Source of the DNA: the human T2T-CHM13v2.0 reference genome, Homo sapiens
Assembly: GCF_009914755.1 (NCBI RefSeq)
Contig: NC_060927.1
DNA: 64,000 bases
Strand: one strand, 5' to 3'
Part shown: positions 1 through 64,000 of the stretch, piece by piece
Layout: each line of letters begins with the position of its first letter
Position numbering within the stretch: position 1 is the first letter of the stretch
Notes under the pieces: generated by a model
Seen by the model: the letters and a program-made list of their open reading frames with translations, nothing else
Told to the model about the DNA's origin: nothing
The model's database searches: none
Translations under genes and position numbers: made by a program

Positions 1-30
1 GGTCTTCCTTTTCATGCCACATGGCCCTAA

Positions 31-543
<513 letters not shown>

Positions 544-864
544 TAACTGGGGAAAGTCAAACTGCTCTCCAAAGTGGTTGTGTTGGTCTACGATGACACC
601 TGCCATTTGTGAGAGTTCCTGTGCTTCCTCTCTGCCCACACGTGGCACTTCCTGCTTTTTGCCATTTCTATGAAAGATATCTCAGCATGATTTTAACTTT
701 TCCTTTCCCTGTTTAATGATGAACTTGAACACCTTTTCACATAATTAAGGCCCACTTGTGCTTCATTTGAGAAAGCTGGGTTTCCTTTTGCCCATTTGTC
801 TATAGGCAAAACGTGTCTACGTGTCTTTTGAACACACTGATAATGCTGTCTGCATTAAGACTTC

Positions 865-1614
865 CGGCCAGCCGCCCTGTCCGGGAGGGAGGTGGGGGGG
901 TCAGCCCCCCGCCCGGCCGGCCGCCCCATCCGGGAGGTGAGGGGCGCCTCTGCCCGGCCGCCCCTACTGGGAAGTGAGGACCCCTCTGCCCGGCCAGCCG
1001 CCCCATCCGGGAGGTGGGGGGCGCTTCTGCCCGGCCGCCCCTACTGGGAAGTGAGGAGCCCCTCTGCCCGGCCACGACCCCGTCTGGGAGGTGTGCCTAG
1101 CGGCTCATTGGGGATGGGCCATGATGACAATGGCAGTTTTGTGGAATAGAAAGGCGGGAAGGGTGGGGAAAAAATTGAGAAATCGGATGGTTGCCGGGTC
1201 TGTGTGGATAGAAGTAGACATGGGAGACTTTTCATTTTGTTCTGTACTAAGAAAAATTCTTCTGCCTTGGGATCCTGTTGATCTGTGACCTTATCCCCAA
1301 CCCTGTGCTCTCTGAAACATGTGCTGTGTCCACTCAGGGTTAAATGGATTAAGGGCGGTGCAAGATGTGCTTTGTTAAACAGATGCTTGAAGGCAGCATG
1401 CTCGTTAAGAGTCATCACCACTCCCTAATCTCAAGTACCCAGGGACACAAACACTGCGGAAGGCCGCAGGGTCCTCTGCCTAGGAAAACCAGAGACCTTT
1501 GTTCACTTGTTTATCTGCTGACCTTCCCTCCACTGTTGTCCTATGACCCTGCCAAATCCCCCTCTGCGAGAAACACCCAAGAATGATCAATAAAAAAAAA
1601 AAAAAAAAAAAAAA
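865..1614 (+). mobile_element. 5'-truncated SVA retrotransposon (partial VNTR + SINE-R + polyA)
   Basis: GC-rich VNTR units, SINE-R ending AATAAA + A-tail; TSD AAGACTTC at 857-864 and 1615-1622. Confidence 0.95.
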
Positions 1615-3060
1615 AAGACTTCTATCCTTCAAGACACCATAAAAAAGGGGAAAAGATAAACCACAAACTAAAGATATTTGTAACACCTATAGCTGACAAA
1701 GGCTTAATGTCAGAAGATATAAAGAATCATGGGATCCAATCCCCTTTGATGCAGCCTAATGCAGTCAGAGCCCAGTAAAGGCTGGGTTGACTGAAATTAC
1801 CTTCAAAGTCACGCAGCCCTGGACCACAGGGAAGAGCCACTGCCTCTGCCAGGTATCGCGGGAGGTCTTTCAGTTCCGATCAAGGAATGCAACTCCAGAG
1901 CCCTGAACTGCTACACTGGTGACCTGGTAAGTCCGTCATGCATAGGCACATCGAGTGAAAGCCTCCCCGCCCCCTTGCCCATGAAATTGCCAGGGAGCCA
2001 ACATGACAGACTGGGAAGGCGAGCTGTGAAACAGAGTAAGATGCCGATGGCTCAAATTCCTGTGGCCCTTCTTTAGCCTATTTCCCCAGGAAAACCTCCA
2101 GTCAGAATGGCCTCTACATTTTGTCCCTTAGGAAGACACTTTGATTGTCCAGGAAGGGAAAAGTAGGTATGGCAGTTGCAGAGTGGGGGAACACTCTTAG
2201 TCCATCCACTGAGCAAGTTGATGAGGTAATGAGAAGTATTTGGAGCAAGGAAGTTGACAGCTCCAGTGCTTCCAAGTCTTAAGATTCTGTATCCATTACC
2301 AGGTCAGAAGTCTGCTGTAAAACAGTTACCTGGCTTAAGGGGCTTGGCTATTCAAAAGCAGGTCTGTGCCTGGGTGAGATAAGCCTTTTTCCTCTGAGGG
2401 AGACTCAGTGGGCCGGGCACAGCAGGGAGCAACCACACCCCAACTTGGACCACGGACAGTCTCACTCAAGCCCCTAGGACTCCCTGTCCCTTGGCAGTGA
2501 TACAGCGGAAGGAGAGACATGCAGAACTGTGCCCACACCAGCAGGCTGTGGGGACAGGATCACACATGCCGCACAAACCATAGCGACTGTTAAGAACTTG
2601 AGCTAAAGGCAGGCAGGCCCTCACCCCCCGAATTCATCACACCACAGCCAGCCACATATTCCCTAGCAGGGGCTCCGTGTCTCCCGGAGCTGAGCTCCAT
2701 GGAAACAACTCCCACCCACACACAAAGGTCCTGTCTTCTCTGGGATTTTTACAACCATTTTCTCTCTCCATGGTATTAGCTTTTGGTTTGATTCTCCCAA
2801 CTATTAATAGATTATAAGTCCCTACTCTTCTATTTCATTTCACCATTGCCCTCAGACCTCCTCGCATTTAACATTTGGCTCTACACTGCATCCGACTGTG
2901 GGGTTTCCCCAGGATGCTCACACACATGGCATGATATGCAGAATGTTGTTCTTATTTCCTTCAAAATCCAGTTTTTTTTAAAAAAAAAAAAGAAGGAAAT
3001 GGGGAAGTATTATTAGGCAGGAAAATAAATCCACAAAGGGCAGTATTCATGTCACTAAAA

Positions 3061-3121
3061 AGCAAACAAATGAATAAAGACACAGAAAAAAAGTGTTATT
3101 TCATTCATTAAAATTTTTATT
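3061..3121 (-). terminator. polyadenylation signal AATAAA (3121-3116) with downstream U/GU-rich element
   Basis: Minus strand AATAAA followed ~25 nt later by tttttttctgtgtctttattcatttgtttg. Confidence 0.8.
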
Positions 3122-4140
3122 TTGAATAGCTTCAATCAAAAAAGGTTTCATAAGATTATTTACAATGCTGAATGTACAATTATGAATGTATGCCTTTTTG
3201 ACAAGAGGGTACCATTCTTGAGCAGCAATACAATTTTAAAAATATAAAGATGCAGTATCATTTCTGATATAAAGTTACTTAAAAAAATCCAAGGTCTTAG
3301 GGAATTCACAAATCATAACTAGAAGTAACTTTTATTAATTTAATGTACACATAATTACCAAATTTTAATACATTAAAAATGTGTAAATGCCCACAGACTG
3401 TACAAAAATTAACACCCCATTTTGTTAAAAGTTCCCAACCACCTCCCACCATAAATATACAAAAACCTATTTTTAGATATGTCAAAATTGCATGCATGAA
3501 TATTTTCTAAAGCTTGAATTTTGCTCTTCACTGGATAATGTTATCTATAGCTGTTTCTGTAACAGACTACATAAACATTGATATATTATTTACCATGCCT
3601 TTGAAACTGTGCAGGACTTTCATAAACATGGGGAACAAAATAAATAGAGTAAAAACTGCAACAGTTTTGTTTAGATGCAAGTGCAATTGGGAAAGCTTTC
3701 GAATTTCAGGATTATAAAACTACTATAAAAGTATTTATTCTGTTGTTGGCTTAGCCACTTGTATTCAAGCATTATTTGCAGCATTGCTTTACAGCAGTTG
3801 GTGCTAGAAGATACAAAACATATAGTTACCACTATTTATACTTGAGGGAGAAAAAAAACTTTAAACAACCCTGAGGGAGACACACATTAAAAATCTTGTT
3901 ATTTATTTAAAAAGTTAAAAAGTTACATATCATTATTTAACAATTACTTTCCCAGACATTTCTGTCCTTTAAGTATGTGCATAAATAAAATTTAAATCAG
4001 CAATATTCATCTTAATACATCAAAATAATATATGTACAGATTTTAAAATTTAGGTCTGTATAAACTCAAATAATTTAATGTGAAATTCAGAATCAAAATT
4101 ACTATGTAATGGTAACCTACGAGAGAAGACTCAGTCTATC

Positions 4141-4163
4141 TATGGCACTGAGTAGAACCCACA
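4141..4163 (-). promoter_or_regulatory. extensively complementary miR-183-5p target site in 3'UTR
   Basis: Plus strand TATGGCACTGaGTAGAAccCACa vs miR-183-5p UAUGGCACUGGUAGAAUUCACU (recalled). Confidence 0.65.
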
Positions 4164-5249
4164 CCTGGCTTCACAGGCATTCTTCAAATAACATTCTCAA
4201 CGTGAATAACCCACCTTGTCTATATTCAAATCTAACTTCCTACAAATGCTTTTCCAGCCACCTAAACACCTCATTCCTTTGAAAACAATATGGACAGAAG
4301 AGATATAAAACCCTTACTAACTCTAAATGTTAAAAAAGTGGGGGGGGGGTGTCAAAAATAGCTCTTTATGATCATGCTCTTAAAGATGTTAAATACAATC
4401 GGATAATTGAATTTTTAAGCTGCTACTTAGCAATTACTTTCATTATATGCTTCAGTACTTAAACCAAAGAATAAAATGCACAATTGTGGAAATCACTGAA
4501 GAATAACACGAGCATATTTGAAATTAATATGGAAATTATAAAATGATCCAGAGAATAAGTAACTATAGAAAATAGTGCTAATTCACAGCTCAAGAGGTCT
4601 AAGATGCATAGCTTCATAGAATCATTCATGGAACAACTGTTATCATCTAATGTGTATTAATAGCATATTATACATTTGATGGAAAACTTCGATTATATTT
4701 TTGCAGGAATCATCAGTGGCAATAGCAGTAACAGTGATCCTGAGTGTAATTTCTATTTTTCTATAGTTACCAAACATCATCCAGGTCTTTGCAGCATAAA
4801 GAGTGAGAACCATTTGGTCCTAAAATTCTAGGTAAAATTTGGTAAATTTGTAAATATATGTTGGGAAAAGAATGATCAGCTAGAAGTAGAAAGCACGAGC
4901 AAGCATGTTACTGGCTCTGGAAGAACAGAGAACAATGTCACACTGTTTTCATAGTTTAGCGTCCATTTTATAGCACGATCAGTTTTCTGTGTTGTGGTAA
5001 CTGTGGGCGTTGCCAGACTGCTGGATCCACCTATAAAAGGTGTTTTTTAAAAGTTACCTTAATTTTGGCAAGAATTTAAATGTTAATCAGGCCAAACAGA
5101 AAGGTGAAAAATGTTTCTCCACATCTCTTTTGGCTCAATGAATGTCAATTTTTTAACTTTATTTCCTCAATTTTTTTTCTCCCAGAAATTTCCGCATCAA
5201 ATATGCTCATTTGTAACGATCCAATTCAAAATAGACATGTTCTGACCTC

Positions 5250-5267
5250 TGGCGCCACCTAATGGCA
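5250..5267 (-). promoter_or_regulatory. candidate CTCF motif in 3'UTR
   Basis: CCATTAGGTGGCGC vs consensus CCASYAGRKGGCRS (1 mismatch). Confidence 0.55.
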
Positions 5268-6340
5268 TAAAACAAACTCATCAAATTCATATTGCTTTGA
5301 AAAAACGGCAGCCATTCAAATCCAGTATTTTTTAAGCCTCATTATTGATAAGACAGAGACATACATCAAACCTCAAAAAATTTTATGAGGTAAAATTCTA
5401 ACTTAAAAAAAACTATTATCCTATGTCTTTAGGTAATTGAAAACATAGAAGAAAATTTTAAAAAACCATTTAAAATAACACAAAGCCTGACAGAAACAAA
5501 TTTGAAGAAACGTTAAAAGATGAATCTACATCTACTGCCGAAAGAAATGAATCTTATTTCCTAGTGAAAAAGGTTCTACAACATTTAACAGAAGCAAATT
5601 AGACTGCCAACACCACACATAGCACAGGAGCCATTTAAGAGCTTTGAGAGGCGTCTCAAGAAGGCAGTGAAGCACCTTGCTGATTAGAAAAATAAAACCC
5701 AGGCAGTTTGTACAGAAAATATAAAACCAGAAATGGAGATTACCTGAGTTGTTCTATAAGCAACACCATAAACACTCATTCCTAACTCTAGACCATCATA
5801 GGGAATTGGCATATGTTTATACAGAATTCTTTGGAAGAAACATTGGAATCAAATGAAAACAGGCTTTCAGTATATTTTCACTGGAGGCTAATTAACACTC
5901 ATCTTCTTTTTATCAATCACAAACTTACAGCCTGTATATAAACACAGACTTTTCTAACAAGAGGGTTGTGAGCATAAATGTGAAGAGGTAAACTAGTCTC
6001 AAAAACTAATGTTGAAAAACCTACCAAACACCAAACTTCTCCTGTACCCAATATAAAGAATATCACTGAAAGTAACAATCAAGAAAATTCTGGAAATGTA
6101 TGTAATATTTGGGTTGCTGAATGAAGATATAGGACTTTATGGATTGATTGTTAATTTAACTGTTAGGACGATATATTTTTCTGTTTTTATTTTAAGGAAG
6201 AGCAAAGCTGTCAAATAAGCTACTATATCAGAAGGGACATAAACTGAACTAGTGCCATTCTGACACACAGGATCAGAAACTCCTAAAATCACATATTCCT
6301 GAATACTGCTATCAGCAATACCACTGAGACTGATTCACTG

Positions 6341-62703
<56,363 letters not shown>

Positions 62704-62836
62704 ACCTACAGTGGATTAAAGGTCCAGTGCTTCAAACAATGGAAGATCACTGAGGGAAGAAAGGGAACAGACGTTAGGGAACTATCTTCTATCTTAGTAG
62801 ACGATACAACTGCATTCTATCAACTGTCTATTATAC

Positions 62837-63147
62837 AAGGGGTCCCCAACCCCTGGGTCACGGACCTGTTAGGAACAGGGCCACACAGTAGGAGGTGAGT
62901 GACAGGCAAGCAAGCATTACTGCCCCAGCTCTACCTCCCATCAGATCAACAGAGGCATTAGATTCTCATAGGAGCACAAACCCTACTGTGAACTGCGCGT
63001 GCAAGGGATCTAGGGTGCGTGCTCCTTATGAGAATCTAATGCCTGATGATCTGAGACTGAACAGTTTCATCCCGAAACCATCCCTCCCCACCCGTAACTG
63101 TCTTCCATGAAACCAGTCCCTGGTGCCAAAAAGGTTGGGGACCACTG
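62837..63147 (+). mobile_element. MER1B hAT-Charlie element
   Basis: TIRs ggggtccccaacc / ggttggggaccactg; 8-bp TSD TATTATAC/TTTTATAC. Confidence 0.88.
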
Positions 63148-64000
63148 TTTTATACCATCGAAGTGTTCTTTTAATATTTAATAAGATTTTGTTTAAATTT
63201 GAATTCTTCCAAAGTAGTGATGTATTCATCACTTGCTCATGGGATGTATCAAACTTTAGATGACCCTTAAGTAGTTTCTAAAGTGCTAGCTGGTTCTAAT
63301 GACATTTTCAATGGGATACCAGTGCTTGAATCTGTATTACTTAACTACCACAAAACATGGCATATTTCATTAATTCATTTAGACTAGCAACTACTGTGAT
63401 ACAGGACAATTTATATTGAGAGGAACTACTAACAGAGTCTTCCTTTTTCATTCCACAGATTCAGAAGTAGTGTAGTTTAACCATCTTGAGCTAAAAGTAC
63501 TTCACACAACTCAAAATTATTCACTGTAGCATAGTAAAGAGCTATGGCACTAGCAATGAAACCAAGCCAAAAACTTCTCAGAGATTATTAATCATCCAAT
63601 AAATATTTACTAAGCACCAATTACATAAATGGCAATCCCTGGCCAAAAGTCAATCGCTATGGCAGGTTTACTCCTACTGGAGAGCACTCAGCTGACTCCA
63701 TCATTCGATTCCAAGTCCACTGGGCAACCTTCTGATTATTCCTGACTACCTACAAAACTTGTCCAGGGAAAAAATTCATTGAGCCCACTGACATATTTTT
63801 CCTTTTTTTTTTTTTTTGTATTTCAAATATTAAACATTCAGCTACACATTAAAGAAATTTGCAAGATGTAAAACGATGCCAGTTTTCTAACTTTTTGTTT
63901 TTTTAGAAAATATCTTCCAAAAATGTTACTTAAAATATAATTTTATTTTTGTAATAAATATTTGAAATATCAGTTTTAATTCATATATGGTATCAATAGC

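Larger units (their letters stand above)
3097..6340 (-). other. ATP13A3: ATP13A3 3'UTR (~3.2 kb, AU-rich, no recognisable repeats)
   Basis: Runs from stop codon to distal poly(A) signal; cleavage position approximate. Confidence 0.8.

Noticed and set aside
800-1686. Cluster of ORFs up to 126 aa
   Set aside because: All lie within the SVA VNTR/SINE-R.
4129-4165. Possible miR-183-like miRNA gene on the plus strand
   Set aside because: Only a 7-bp stem, not a ~30-bp pre-miRNA hairpin, and antisense to the transcript; better explained as a target site.

Overview
Human (primate) genomic DNA carrying the complete coding region of ATP13A3, a P5B-type ATPase and polyamine transporter, on the minus strand. 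I resolved 31 constitutive coding exons by hand, all GT-AG and phase-compatible. They total 3681 nt (1226 aa + stop), from ATG at 62703 to TAG at 6341. There is also a 90-nt in-frame cassette exon (12627-12716) and a ~3.2-kb 3'UTR ending near AATAAA at 3116-3121. The promoter and first non-coding exon lie outside the window. The rest is intronic repeat: about 29 Alus including an AluYb8, a 5'-truncated SVA, old L1/L2, and MER DNA transposons. The most striking unexplained signal is a 3'UTR site (4141-4163) almost fully complementary to miR-183-5p with a single bulge between positions 10 and 11, the architecture of a target-directed miRNA degradation (TDMD) trigger or near-slicing site. Other notable items are a perfect 124-bp interrupted-TA palindrome, a templated insertion with a fold-back hairpin, and a tiny retrotransposed MER41-like LTR 3' end. 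Repeat family names and miRNA sequences are from recall, not a database search.
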